A stretch of DNA of 63,968 bases, the filler included, from Choristocarpus tenellus KU-1152 (taxonomy: Eukaryota; Protista; Phaeophyceae), in assembly GCA_964200185.2 (NCBI GenBank). It is 7 parts of 7 records of this genome, joined end to end, with 100 filler letters (N's around TTAATTAATTAA, not from the genome) between each part and the next. Parts side by side here need not be neighbours in the genome. Positions count along the whole stretch, not along the records: positions 34,449 to 48,279 come from CAXNAD020001355.1; positions 48,380 to 51,266 come from CAXNAD020023920.1; 5 more parts are not named here. The stretch is one strand, 5' to 3'. The notes under the pieces are model-generated. The model was not told where the DNA came from, made no database searches, and saw only the letters and a program-made list of their open reading frames with translations. Each line of letters begins with the position of its first letter. The stretch's first letter is position 1. The translations under genes and the position numbers were made by a program. This document shows, one piece after another, positions 39,228-51,366 of the stretch.

Positions 39228-41399
39228 CTAAAAGCAGCAGTCACAATTGAAGGGACATAGCTCAGTCCCTCCTCCTTGCCCAATACGCAACGATTCCCAT
39301 GTGTAGATGGGAAGACCATCATTGTCATGGCGAACTGTAACCGCAACAACAAATGGAGCAAGGAATGTTTAGGGGCGGGGCAGGGAGGGGCAGGAACTTC
39401 GTATGTTGGTATTGGACAGGAGAGCATCAACTCATTGGCAATGACATGTTGGTGGGCGGAAAAAAACTGAGGGACCAATACAGATACATGAACAGAATTG
39501 GAATACTTCAATCATAATACGTCAGAGGTCCGGGGTGAGGTGTATCGAAGGCAACATATGAGTGTCCTTTTAGCTTAGTGGCTACGAGGAGGGTGTTTCC
39601 TTGCAGGACTTAACATGCTTGATGTCAGACTTTGTTCCTGGGAAATCGGTTTTCAGTGATCCCCCAAAGTCAGCATGGCGAGCACTACGTGTAGATGGTA
39701 CACCTGTACTACTGAGTCTGTTGCTATGCATGTACCATAAAAATGCGATAACTAAAATAAAAAGGAGGAAAATCTTCATGGCAGAGCAACAGGTGGCTGG
39801 GAGGCTAACTGCAATGTGCAAGAAGCGAGGAACAAACAAAGGCAGAACAATAAGTTGTAATGCAACAGTTTGTTACCGTAGTAAGAGTTAAACATGAGAA
39901 TTAGCACAGTGTGTGCTGCCTCAGAACAATGGGCTGGGATATGTCCCAGAGTAGAGGGAAGACAAAAAAAAAATGAGGTAGATTGAGAACAGGGCCTGAG
40001 TAAAGCTTGATCGCAAGGAATTGTACTATTTATTGGTTAGTGGCCAGGCAACCGTGTACAAAGGGGCTTCAAGGGTCGTCAATATGAGGAATACAATATA
40101 TACGGGGAAGACACCCACAGCACTATTTAACAGACATACACTACACACTGTGCTGTATATGTTGTGTACATACTTGGCCTGACTTCATCAGCCCATGCCC
40201 ATCGTTTTTGTTGTTGCCCTCCTCCTTCTGCAAAGGGGTTCACTTCCCTCCGTTTCCGATCCTCCCTTGCTTTCTTTTTTGATGTTAACCTTGAAGAAAA
40301 AGAGAACGTGAAATTTGGGGTTCGTGACAAGTATGAGTGAAATGCTAACATGGATTGGCCCCTCTGGACTCGGGCATTGCTTTGAAGCGAGTATGACGTA
40401 AGGCTTGTTGCTCTGTTTGCCAGGAGGCAATGGGAGGGTTCCGAAATAATTAATGCATCCTTATGATACATATGCCTGGACTTGTTTGTGCTCTTAATGA
40501 ACACAACGCATTTCGGTAAAGGGAAGCTGGGTGCGTACAGTGTTCCTAGTCGATTAAAGCAAAATATGATGATACAAGACGAATTGACAACGGACAGTAA
40601 GGCCTCACAAAGATGAAAGGAAATATTTCCCCACGTCACACTAAGGAAACACCAATTCACATCAGCTCTGCTTCCACGAATAAATAACTGGTACGAAAAA
40701 TATTGATTTGTAGGTTTAGGACCTGTTGATCACTATGTCAACTGCCCATATAATCATGATGCAGATGCCTCATTGCGACCACGGCAATAGAGTCTAAGTG
40801 CTGAAGTGTGAAACACATCTGTAAGAAAGCTGCCAGTGTGCCACTTCATTTCAGCATTGCGTTTGACTTCCAAGTTGGAAACCAGTACAGGGACGCCAAT
40901 GAAATATCAGTGAACGTCAGATTGCCGTATGCCTCTTCCCTACTCAGCCTACATATTTGACATGCATGCTAAAAGAGGAACCCCACCTTTCAACTTCTTC
41001 CTCGGCTTTGGTCTGCTTATGTCTTTTTACATCACCAAAAATGTCGTCGATGGCGTTTCTACTCTCCACCTTTGCATTCTGGTTCCCCACCTCCCTATTT
41101 CCATCTTTGTCTCCAAATACTTTACTTTGCCCCCCTCCTAATTGTGGCGGATCCCCCAATGAAACAGAATGTAGAGGCCTGCCTGATGCATTTTTATCGG
41201 GAAGCTTTCGTTTTCTACCTACGGTGTCGGCTTGAGAAGACCGTCCAATCCTGTCAGGGACAACACTTGAGGACTTGATGGTTGAGTGTCCTTTCACTTT
41301 CCGCAGACTTTCTTTACCCTTCCCCCCAGCTTTTTCGCCCGCATTGGATGCAGGAGAAATATTCATGGTGCTATGGGACCCTCCACCTCTCCCTCCCAT
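39228..41399 (-). CDS. DUF1764-family eukaryotic protein, 3 exons
   Basis: Exons 41399-40987, 40289-40174 and 39334-39228. Contains AIDDIFG and the characteristic C-terminus RHDNDGLPIYTWESLRIGQGGGTELCPFNCDCCF*. Confidence 0.9.
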
Positions 41400-41806
41400 A
41401 ATGTTATATAGACTTCGTCTCTGCTCTTTCACTTCGCAGAGGTGTACTACCCATGCAATCCATTTCAAACCAAAATGGGGTGTGGAGAATCGGTCGGTAG
41501 TAGCTGTCGGTCGATTCCTATTTCGGGGGCTGTCGTTGGTCCACGCGTTGCTCAACACAGATCGTCTCAAGGTCTATGGACACGTCGAGAGACGATCCAA
41601 GGCTGGACACACTTGCAGCCTCCCTACGTAGTGACTAACTAGGCCTGTTTCATTTGCAGTAGAATAGGGGTGCAGCCTGTTGCTGTATCGTGAAGAAACG
41701 TATGCAGATTATATAGACTTTATCCCATATTCAGCGAGTTCAACAGGTGCATCTCACTCACACCAAGCCCATACAAGGGAGGTCTCACCCCCGCTACTGA
41801 CTCACG
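41400..41806. promoter_or_regulatory. probable bidirectional promoter between DUF1764 and CDC48
   Basis: 407 bp between divergent start codons; visibly CpG-rich relative to the flanking introns. Confidence 0.55.
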
Positions 41807-44800
41807 ATGAGGCCACAAACAGTTACCGCTACAGCGGCGGTGGCTGCCAGCCTAACTTGCTGTGCTGGTGCTACCAGTGGAGGATTCTTTGGACCACTTG
41901 TTGCTAGAGGAGCTGTGCCTAGTCTCCCAAACGCTGTTGAGGAGTCCAGGAAAACGACAAGTCGATGGGTAGGGGGGCGACGGACTAACAGGTCTCGAGC
42001 GGTGACAGGGTTAAGCAAGATTCGCGGAGGGGCATCAGGTAGGGGTTTCAATACCCCAACATGAATTTACTTTGTTGTATGTCAAGCATGCGCAGCATTG
42101 GACGCCGATGGCATACATGAGAGGTCGCCATGTACACAAATATGATATTTTTATGCACGCTCTTGGCTACTGACAATGTATTCGACTTCTGCGGAAGACG
42201 AGGAACTTCAGGCAATGTACAAAAGTCACTGGGGCACCATTAAACAAGGCTGTCTCATATCTGGTACCTCCCACATCTTTCGTGAATGGCACGTAGTAGT
42301 TTGTGTGTGTTGGCCGAGTTTCTCGCAGGTTAAACATTTTGTGCCAGGATATGAGACCACGTACCATTATCAAATTCTAATAACCTTCCCCAATCGCAAA
42401 CATCATCTCCCAATAGAGTGTTGATATCGAGAGTAGAGTGCCAACGTCTCCCATCCACCTCGCCTTCTCCATCATTTATAACAGCCGTAGCAGAGGAAGA
42501 GACCATCGGACAAGGGGGGAAGAAGAAAAAGAGCGCCAAGAAAAAGTCCAAGGGGGCAGCTCTTGCTGCTGATGGAGGGTCAGCCAAGCCCACGAAACCC
42601 CAAACCGCACTATCAATGCCAGATGATGATGATATGGAGGTGAGGTTGTGAGCACGGTATGGGTCAGATTGTGTAAGGAAGAGCTTGGCCAGTTGATGAG
42701 TGCATCTGTTCAAGTTAAGAGGTATCGAAGAGTTTACATTTACAACTCAAAATTGAAGGTAAACATCTTTTCCTTGGAAGGTGATTATTTGACATGTTTG
42801 AGAGAACCGTGCCAGATACTATGTATGTGTTTCCAATACAAGAAAACATTCCACAATTGAAAACATTGATGAACGCCCTGGCTCTTAGTTTATTAGAGTG
42901 GATAGGGCTGTTGCAAGAGTCACATGCAAAAAATGGCCAGTTGCAGGTGCTGAGGTCTTGATTTTGCAGAAGACAGTCCAGGAGGTTTCCATGCCCTTGG
43001 CTTGGATTTATTTGTCAGTATACTGAAATAGATGAAGGGTAGACCAATATATCCCTAACTATTGCAGAGGTTTGAGAGCAGTATTGATCGCAACTGCCTT
43101 ACATCACACCTCTGTGCACACAATCCATAATTACAATCCTTTATCACTATGTGTGTGGGATATGTGCATCTTGGTAGGCTGATATGTGCATGGTGCCAAT
43201 GGTCTCCCCTCACATTTGCTCTCCTGTGCTCACTCACACACATGCTGAGTAGTCTTTTTAACACCTCTGCCTGTGTGTTTACAAAGGTGGATGTTGCTGC
43301 AAAGATGGACGAGGCAAGGGAAGCAAGGCCAAATTCACTTGTGGTGAGTCCAAACAGATGCTAATCATCCTCATTATCCTCCGTGCTCTCAGGATAAGGG
43401 ATATTTGTCTTGCTTCAGGGATCACACCAACCAGCAGCTGTTTGTTGTTTCCCAGAGTCTTGCGGAGTGGCTTAGCTATTTTATTCAAATTTCACCCATG
43501 CCATTTTGCCACTATGTTACGAACCAGCTTACCAACTGTAGACATTACTGTCAGTGATTCTACCCACTGCCAGTAACCAGTAGGTGGTGCCATGAATGAA
43601 CCTCAATGTCTCCTGGACGGTCATTGCAATGGGCCGGTGATGAATGACCAGGTGGATGATGCTGTGAGCAGTGAGGTGGAGCAGTCGGTGGTTGGTCTAA
43701 GCCCTGCTAAAATGGACGAGGTGATTGTCATTAGGAGTGTGATCTGTGTGCCATGCATGCATATCCCATCATGCAAGGGTTCGTACAAGCAATGTTTGGA
43801 CTAGGCTTGTGTTGAAGATGGCAATGTAGTAAGAGGAGCATACGTCTATGACCTTAAGTAGTGTATATTTTTTTCTTGACTATTCTTGTGTTGTCTGGTG
43901 ATGTGTGGGGGAGTTCTGAGATAGCAACAAGACCCCCAATTGTTTCATTCAAATTCAAATTCAAATTCAAATATTGTACCTTGTCTAGTGAAGGGACTGG
44001 GGGGGGGGGAACACCGAAGCAGTGCCCAACGCATCACATGTCTCCGATTTTGTGTGGGCTTGTCAACTGCAGTGTTTATGGGTGAGAGTCCAAGACCCCA
44101 ACGATATGATCTCCCCTTCCTTTTTGTAATGAGGGAGGGACCTTTCTCTTTTCTTTTGTTTGCTGATTAGAACTTCGGGTTTTGGAGGATTGTCCTCGTA
44201 ATGTGGGGGTTGTTCTAGAAGGATGTCACCAGATTATCTGGAGATGTCAAGAGCTTGTACAACTCCGCTTCATGGTTTGTGTGGAGAAATCCGAACGACA
44301 CATGCATGTATCTGTTTGTGTTTGAAATTGCCAAGTTGTCATTGTTCCATCTGACACTCAAGTCGCGAAGCGCTCCGTGAGAAGCAAAGGCATGTTTGTG
44401 GGCCGTGTTAGCAAAAAAATAGCAAACTTTGACGTGAGCAACAAGAACAAGAACCGAATTATCAGAACAATTTAATATACTTTTTTTATTCAGCGATTGA
44501 TGGGTTGTGTGATCGGGTGGGGTGGTGAGGTTTGCGGTCTTGTTCAAGGACCTAAACTCTTTTTGCAGGTGCCTTGAAAGAACAACGTGAAGTGTGTGAG
44601 ACGACTGCCCAACCCCCACCAAGCGGATTCATTTTGAGAAGTTTTTTATTCTTTTTTTATTCATTTTGACAAGTTTTTTGCATTTTATGATTCCTTGTGT
44701 GCCGATTCATATATATTTATATTTATATACATATACTTATATATTTATTGGACAAAGAAGAAGAAAAGATTAACCGATGATCTTCAGTGCAGTAGTAGTG

Positions 44801-47800
44801 AGCAAGAATGCTCCAACTGGGGTACCAGCGAGCAGGCGTAAATATTTTTCTTTTTTAAGAATTATTTTCAAGGCTTGTCGCTCACGAGATGATGTGGTTT
44901 TAAGATGTTCTTGGGTTTGGGTTAGGGTTAGGGACTCGTTTTTTTCTTTTGTTCTGTGGATGGGACAAGGATGACTCTGATTGATCGTTACTCTGCTTTT
45001 TTTGTTAGGATAGCAGGAGACTCGTTTTGTCGTACACGGGGTAGACTTTGTGGACATGTCATGAGATGGTGATGAGAACTGAAGTACCCTTTGAGAACCT
45101 CTGATAACCAATGAAAAGAAAAGCCTTCGTTTCCCGTATAGGGCCAACAGGTGACAACCGGCTGGCTCTATTGAATCGCTTTGTCTTTGTAGTCTCGTGC
45201 GTCTGGTTTTCTGCAGTACCTATTCTTACTAGTGCTCATGACCCTCCTGAAAATTGCAATTGTCCTGTTCAAATCTTCGCTTTTCCACACCCGAACTATT
45301 TTGTTAAGATGTATGCTTAGAAGGTCATTAATTATTATTAATTATTGTTGTGTTGAAGGTGTTGGCCGCGGTTGTGTGCTTGAGATCCCTTATTAGAAGC
45401 CTGCGAAGTGTCTCTCTGACTCTCTCCTTCTCGTGTGCCTCATCTTTGAATACAGGATGTTCTACTTCTGAGTACTGAGGTTGACTCAACCCACCCCTAA
45501 CCTAACTCTAACCCAATCCTGCTTTCATCGATATATTTGTGTGTTGTTTTTAGTGTGTATTTGCTGCATATATTATTTACACACAGTCATTAGTATTTTG
45601 TATGTTGTATAGTGATTGAGAGATAAAATCGCTTTTCATGTTCATGCCTCCTGTGTCTTACTTCGCTCCCAGCGGATAAGATCCATAGATGTGTTAGAGG
45701 ATTGTTATAGATGTGTTAGAGGATTGTTATAGATGCGTTACAGAATTGTTATAGATGATGTGTATGGCGTATCTCCTGTATACACTACACCACTGCCATC
45801 TGCAACTGACTCTGTTTTCGTCATGTACAGCTGGGAATCTTCAATGGAGATGGGGTATTGGTGAAGGGAAAGAAACGCAAGGATACAGTGTGCATTGCTC
45901 TGGTTGATGATACCCTAGAGGACTCCAAGATACGCTTATCCAAGGTGAGGCTCCCCTCCCTATCCCCCCCTCCCCCTCTTCCCCTTCTATAAAACACGCA
46001 CGCGCACGCAGACGCACACATGGGATGTTGCTTAGAATGCATTCCAAATGTTATTAGTAGGTTCAAATGTTATTAGTTGGTCCAAATGTTATTAGTTGGT
46101 TCGTTTTAACGCACATTTGCTACTTGTTTTTTGTTTTTTCAAGGCAAACTTAGTAAGACTTCTAACAATACATTTTGTATGTGTCAATTGTAGCGATGTT
46201 AACCTTGTTTGCTGTTCCGGTACCCTGCTAATAGTATAGTATAGTATAGTATAGTATAGTATAGTATAGTATAGTATAGTATAGTATAGTATTGTATTGT
46301 ATTGTATTGTATTGTATTGTATTGTATTGTATTGTATTGTATTGTTTTGTTTTGTATTGTATTGTATTGTATTGTATTGTATTGTATTGTATTGTATTGT
46401 ATTGTATTGTATTGTATTGTATTGTATCCAATTTATAGTACAGTGTTGTATCCAATTTATAGTACAGTATTATATCCAATTTATAGTATTGTATCGTATC
46501 CAATTTAACTTTTTTTTGATGAAATCCTCTCGCACGTGTGTGAGCGTGCGTGTTTCATTTTATTTATTACCTGCAGCAGTATGGGGACGACTCAACTAAC
46601 TCCTCACCCCCTCCTTGAGATCTCTAGTTCTTGACATGGCATGTGTATTAACAGCATTAAACCTAGTAGGCGTTTTACCGCTGAGTAATGCAACGCAACA
46701 AAGACGGGATGGATCGATGCATCACACAATGTTATGATACACTCCTTTCCTATTTATTTATTTATTGTATGAGTACATCCAACTTTTACGGTGCCTTCTT
46801 ATGTGTTTTTTTTTTCAGTCCTCTAACCCTAACCCTAACCCTAACCCTAACCCAATAGGTGGCACGGAAGAACCTGCGATTGAGGTTGGGAGACATAGCC
46901 ACGGTGCACGAGGCCCCTGATGTTAAGTACGCCTCTGTGGTGCATGTACTCCCTTATGCGGAGGACCTGGAAGGCGTGACAGGGGAGACTTTTGAAACGT
47001 TCCTCCAACCGTTCTTCGAGGGGGAGTTCAAGCCAGTGAGCCAGTAGAGGGTGATGGCAGTGGCTGGAGATGGATGGGGGGAATGAATAATGGGATGTTG
47101 CTGTTTTTTTGTTTTCATTTTTTCATTTTATTTTTAAAGTGCAATTTTTGGTGTGTGTGTTTACTTACGTTATTATTTAGTTTTGTTTAGAGTTTTTGTG
47201 TAGAAGAAAGGGTGTAGAGGTAAATGCACAAATAGAAGACTTCACATGAGTGCTCTTGAAGCCCTGATCACCGCTAGCACCAATATCGTAAGTGGAGGAA
47301 GAGGTGAAGAAGAGGTGAAGAAGAGGTGAAGAAGAGGTGAATTAATTATTTATTATTTTGTGAATTAATTATTGATTATTTTGGGAGTGTTTTGGATCGT
47401 TGTCCTAGCTAGTCACCTAAGGGAACAAGTGCACCCTCTCTCACTGATTCTGATTGTCTGTACCGTATGTTGTTGAAGTATCTCTCACTTGTTTGTGATT
47501 CTGTGAGCTTGATCTTTTTGTTCCCCCCCCCCCCTCTGACTGCAGTATTTAATTGAGTGTGATGGATCTGTGATTCATTTATTTTGTTGTGCACAATGCC
47601 GTAGCCCCCCTCATCCTTCTTAGGAGTATAGGTTCTGAATTCATCCGATAAACTTAGCTTAGGAATGTATGTATTCATCTCTTTATTGTGGTGGCACTGA
47701 GAATTAGAACATCACATAAAAATATAAATATATTATGTCCCTTTCTTTAAAAAAAAATCGAAAAGATTTTACGGGCGGTAGACTAAAAAAACCCCCAGAA

Positions 47801-48070
47801 AGTAAAACTTTACATTATTTTGTTTTGTTGAAACGTAGTGTATACGTTTGACCTAAACGTCTTCCTCTGTTGCACCTCGTGCCCTGTTTGATATTTTTTT
47901 TATTCAAATTTTTATTTCAGCTTCGGAAGGGGGATACCTTTGTTACCAAGGGAGCCATGCGAACAGTAGAGTTCAAGGTCATGGACATTGCCACTGCCAC
48001 AGAGGATGAGGCAGAGTACTGTTACGTTAATGAGGACACGGAGATACTCTATGAGGGCGATATGCTTAAG
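41807..48070 (+). CDS. CDC48: Cdc48/p97 AAA ATPase, N-terminal 7 exons, with bipartite presequence (probably symbiont-derived periplastid sCdc48); truncated by contig end
   Basis: Exons 41807-42038, 42485 (or 42491)-42639, 43287-43343, 43652-43720, 45831-45944, 46859-47035 and 47921-48070. Spliced product [94 protein letters not shown] matches the Cdc48 N domain. Confidence 0.92.
45686..45757. repeat. about 3 x 21-bp tandem repeat (atagatgtgttagaggattgt)
   Basis: Directly visible in a CDC48 intron. Similar short arrays at 46045-46101 (19 bp x3) and ~47297-47342 (11 bp x4). Confidence 0.85.
46229..46506. repeat. compound microsatellite (TAGTA)n-(TATTG)n followed by 22-bp tandem repeats, in a CDC48 intron
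   Basis: Directly visible. Explains the spurious YCIVL/TIQYN ORFs. Confidence 0.95.
46823..46853 (+). repeat. interstitial telomere-type (CCCTAA)n at splice acceptor
   Basis: ctaaccctaaccctaaccctaaccctaaccc followed by aatag|GTGGCA (CDC48 exon 6). Confidence 0.9.
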
Positions 48071-48279
48071 GTGTGGTGTCAGAGAACCTCTAAATATTAA
48101 TGTGTGTCTCTGCAGTCTTGAGAAGGGAGTGGTACTGGGTTCGCTGAGTAGATTATTTTTTTCTTTTTGTGTGAATTGATTCGCCTGTAAAATGTGCCGG
48201 TGAAATTGATTTGAATTTTGTTTTTGTTTGAATTGCCATGAGACAGGGGGGGGGGGGGGGGGGAAACAAAAAGAAGGGA

Positions 48280-48379
48280 NNNNNNNNNNNNNNNNNNNNN
48301 NNNNNNNNNNNNNNNNNNNNNNNTTAATTAATTAANNNNNNNNNNNNNNNNNNNNNNNNNNNNNNNNNNNNNNNNNNNN
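48280..48379. other. artificial contig linker
   Basis: Identical 100-bp spacer. Confidence 0.97.
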
Positions 48380-48523
48380 CAGACACTCCTTTTCATAACA
48401 TATACATTTTACCTACTCAAAAATGTTTTGGAGTAGATAAAAATGCCATTAAAAACCCGTGGGAAGCCAAGCCCCAAATGGACAAACAGGGTCAATCTCT
48501 TACCCTCTAAGATACTTTCATTC
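48380..48523. mobile_element. MITE subfamily A, right half (cut by contig start)
   Basis: ...gggaagccaagccccaaatggacaaacaggg...taccctctaagatactttcattc. Confidence 0.8.
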
Positions 48524-50169
48524 GGAACCATTACAATCACAGTCAATGTTGTATATATATTGTGGTAGTCTTAACATGAACAAATTACTTCAACAATGAC
48601 AAGAACATGGCCTTCGACTATGCACATGCACTTATCACTCAGTTTGTGAAAGGTGTGCGCTTCACTCTACAAAGAGGAAGCATGGGAATACATGACAAGG
48701 GTGAAAAGATGAGCAATCCGATACCCCTCAAACCAGACCAGTATTTTGCATTCCGATACTCCTTGGCTTTGGTGTATTTGTGACAACATAGCAATTTTAC
48801 AACACGCTTTCTGGGACTACTGTACTTCTGAAGTCCATCTCTTCAGGGTACCACGGGGGTCTGATGGATCAAAACAATGCTCAAATCTTAGGGTTTCCCA
48901 TCCCTCTAGCCCACAACAGTTCACAGGAATGCCAGACCTGACCTCATCTACTGATGTTGCCTTCAACCTTACTATTCTGATCTGAATCAACTCAGGGCCT
49001 GCGGAAGCAGTTGCACGACCAGACCAAAGGAGGAGACAGAAATAGGATTGCCCCGTCTGATGTCGCTCCCCCACCCCCACCCCGGTCTAACTCCCAGCAC
49101 ATAGTGAGCCCATCACCATGGCCTGCTCCTTCGGTGCATAGACTACAAGCACACCCCCGGGGGGAAGATTTGTTGCAGAGTGTCTCTGCAGCAGACGGAG
49201 ATCATCAGAAGTATGAGATTGAGCGTCTGAAGGGAGAGGAAAAATTCCTACGTGTTGGGGCAGGCGAATCTTGCTCTCCTCCAGGGAGGGATTCGGGAGT
49301 GGGAAGGCTAGTCAATGGGCAAGTCAGATCTGAATCGACTTCCAATGGGTCACTTTGTGTGTGGCCACATATTGGGGGAGAAAACAGAGAGAGGGGATGG
49401 GGGAGCAGGAGATGCCTGGGCGGTGCGGGTATTGTTGCTTCGGGGGAGGGGATTACCCAGGGGGAAAGGGGCTGCTTTGGGAGCAAGAAGTACCAAAAGA
49501 ATAAGGAAGGGGATTCCCAATCACAAGGTGCATTGGGGACAGGGTTGGGATTGGAGTGAGGGCAAGGGTTTGGTGACACTCACTCCTAGACATGTTTTCA
49601 TTTTCGCATCCTGATCTCTGACCTTTACCGTAGTACTTAGACTTTCTACTCAACGTACTGATGAAGGCATTTTTTTTAGTAATCTTCATGCTTTGGGTTA
49701 GTCTGCTGCCGATGCTTATGCAACAGACATCAACAACCCAATGCTGCTGACGAAGAGTGCGCGCGCGTGTGAGTGCGTATCAATACTTGAGAGTGTTCGA
49801 TATACTAGTAAGCTCCCTTCAGTCTTGCGAAAAGTAAGTTTAGACGTACATCATATATTCCACATAACTAGGCAAGAGGATCAAGGTAAGGAGGGCCTGC
49901 GGAGCAGTACATAAATGCTATAACACCGACTGATCTACCCCTAACCCCAGCTATCCTCCAAGGTGGTCTTCGAATTGTCTAAGCTCACAATCAATCCCAT
50001 CTGTTCGGTGTTGTTTTTTCATGGTAGAAACTCCACAGTTACTCTCTATGTTTTTCGTTTTCTTGTTATTCTTGACAGAACAGAGGTATTCAGAGGGTCA
50101 ACAACATCCGGCACTAAGAAAGAAGGCAACCCCTGTAGCCTCGCCATTAATGGGGGTCAAGTGTAAAGA

Positions 50170-50690
50170 AAGAGCCAAACCAATGGAGAGGTAGGTAGAT
50201 TTGGACCCCTTTGCATTCTAAGTCATCTTTCTTAACATGTGCAATAACGATCCAAAGCAATTGAGAAGGTAGGGCCGCGTCCGTTTGGAGTCATAAGTCC
50301 AATGTTGCAATTTTGAAGTAATTTCGGCTAGCGTATTTGTTAGCAAGTGTTGATACCCTTGCCCTGGACACACCTTTCATAGCCGTATACATTTTAGGGT
50401 TAGGGTAACTGTGTTCACACCGAAAACCGAAAAAAGGGCATAAGAAACACTTGGGAAGTCAAGCCCCAAACAGACAAACAGGGCAAAACTCCTACCCTCT
50501 TAAATGTTTTGGTGTATACACTCAATTTCATTGCTTTATATGCACGTTAGTGTATGCAAAATTGACATTCCCCAATCGTTCCACACACAAACTGACACCA
50601 CAATCGAGCAAAGTCTCTTTCTGCCATTTGTACAAAATGGCATCCTATTGCCCTTTCTCGGGATCCTTTAAAATGCGACCCTGCCCTGCT
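50170..50690. repeat. dispersed repeat interrupted by MITE B
   Basis: Homology to 15600-15820 stops near 50248 and resumes after ~50515. Confidence 0.7.
50249..50515. mobile_element. MITE subfamily B
   Basis: Degenerate TIRs gatccaaagcaattgagaaggta / taccctcttaaatgttttgg. Core taactgtgttcacaccgaaaaccg is the reverse complement of the core at ~35905. Confidence 0.75.
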
Positions 50691-51266
50691 CCCTCTAAAT
50701 TGGTTTTTGGTTCAAAGAGAGTGGAAGAAGCAGCCTTGGAAGGAGGTCAGGAGCAGTTCAGAAGAAAAAGAAACAAGTGGTGAAAATAAGATGCAAAATG
50801 CCGGCATCAAGCTGCTGAAGGAGAATCAAGGACAGAACATAGAGAGGACATTTGAAAGAGTGCAGATTCAGGACAAGGATGGAGGGACATGGAGCTGTGA
50901 AGCTCATTGCTGGAACCCATGTGAGGAAGGGGGATCTGGGGGAGGATATGAGGAAGCTGGGGTAGGAGAGGTAGCGAGATGGGGAGTGCTGAGTGAGAAC
51001 CCGAAGATTGAGTCAACAGGTCCCTCCACGCAAGAGGCATTTAGTGTTGATGGCACTCAGAGGCGAAAAGGTGCCGATGATGGTATTCAGCAAAGGGTGC
51101 TAGGCGATTCCCTGGATAAGTCGCTGGACCTTTCTGACTGTGACATGGAGGTGAGATCAAGACGGGGGGGGGGGGGGGGTCCCTTTTTTTTTTTTTTTTT
51201 TTTTTTTCTGCTCTCACCCAGGTTTTTTTTTCTTTATACTTAATGAGGACAAAAATCATTCTTTCC

Positions 51267-51366
51267 NNNNNNNNNNNNNNNNNNNNNNNNNNNNNNNNNN
51301 NNNNNNNNNNTTAATTAATTAANNNNNNNNNNNNNNNNNNNNNNNNNNNNNNNNNNNNNNNNNNNN
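51267..51366. other. artificial contig linker
   Basis: Identical 100-bp spacer. Confidence 0.97.

Noticed and set aside
39704-39717. 14-nt micro-exon in the DUF1764 gene (cag|actcagtagtacag|gtgtac)
   Set aside because: Exons 2 and 3 already join in phase (DEVRP-IRHDNDG); including it would shift the frame.
46228-46599. ORFs with YCIVL/TIQYN repeats
   Set aside because: Translations of a pentanucleotide microsatellite in a CDC48 intron.
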